Positions 63,469 through 64,000 of a stretch of DNA of 64,000 nucleotides are shown one piece after another. The stretch lies in assembly GCF_009914755.1 (NCBI RefSeq), contig NC_060933.1. One strand, 5' to 3'. The stretch is from the human T2T-CHM13v2.0 reference genome, Homo sapiens. Position 1 is the stretch's first letter. Each line of letters opens with the position of its first letter. A program made the translations under genes and the position numbers. A model generated the notes under the pieces. That model was not told the DNA's origin. It ran no database searches and saw only the letters and a list, made by a program, of their open reading frames with translations.

Positions 63469-64000
63469 TCACAACAGTTAATATTAGCCGTCAGCTTGAC
63501 TGGATTAAGAATATCTAGAAGCCTAGTGGCACATTGTTTTTGGGTGTGTCTGTGTGTCTGTGAGGGTGTTTCCAGAGGAGGTTAGAGTGTGTCTCTGTGT
63601 GGACTAGGTGGGCAAACTCTGCCTTCAGTGTGGAAGGTACACCGTGCAATCTGCCGGGGCCTCAGAAAGAAGAAAAACAGAGAAAGGGGTCATGTGTCCA
63701 CCTAGCTGCTGGCATCGGGACACACTCCTCCTCTCCTGTCCTTGGACAACAACTCCAGGATCCCCAGCCTTTGGACTCCAGGACTTAACAGTAATGGCCC
63801 CCTGGGTTCCGAGGCTTTTGGCCTCGGATTGAGAGTTACACCCCCGGCTTCCCTCATTCTTAGGCCTCGGGACTTGGGCTGAGCCACGCTACCAGGATCC
63901 CAGGGTCTTGACCTTGCAGACAGCCTGTGGTGGGACTTCTTAGCCTCCATAATCACGTGAGCCAATTTCCTGAATAAACCCCCCTCTCATCTGTCTATCT
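63469..64000 (+). mobile_element. MLT2B-like ERVL LTR, runs to window end
   Basis: CAGTTAATATTAGCCGTCAGCTTGACTGGATTAAG; GGGACTTCTTAGCCTCCATAATCACGTGAGCCAATT. Confidence 0.85.

Overview
Primate, almost certainly human, non-coding DNA with no supportable protein-coding exon. Most of the window is interspersed repeat: about 22 Alu copies, three large ancient L1M remnants with nested insertions, an internally deleted L1PA, a solo MER11 (HERV-K/HML-8) LTR, MLT2/MaLR/MER21/LTR33-type LTRs, MIR, L2, hAT MERs and long purine microsatellites. The one recognisable gene is a perfect 30-bp palindrome at 14447-14516 matching my recollection of MIR3910-1/MIR3910-2. If that is right, the window lies at human 9q22.31 between NFIL3 and the 3' side of ROR2 (recalled, not verified). 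The best observations are: (i) this two-strand miRNA hairpin appears to have arisen by fold-back inside a decayed L1; (ii) a TSD-flanked retrocopy of a snaR-ancestor-like (CAS/ASR) Pol III RNA; (iii) a ~93% identical ~130-150 bp inverted duplication bracketing 1.3 kb; (iv) a TSD-less Alu joining unrelated repeats, a possible Alu-Alu deletion scar; (v) an orphan CpG-rich element with CTCF-like motifs near 60 kb. I find no evidence of a new multi-gene system. Repeat subfamily calls and identity counts are by eye and many boundaries are approximate.
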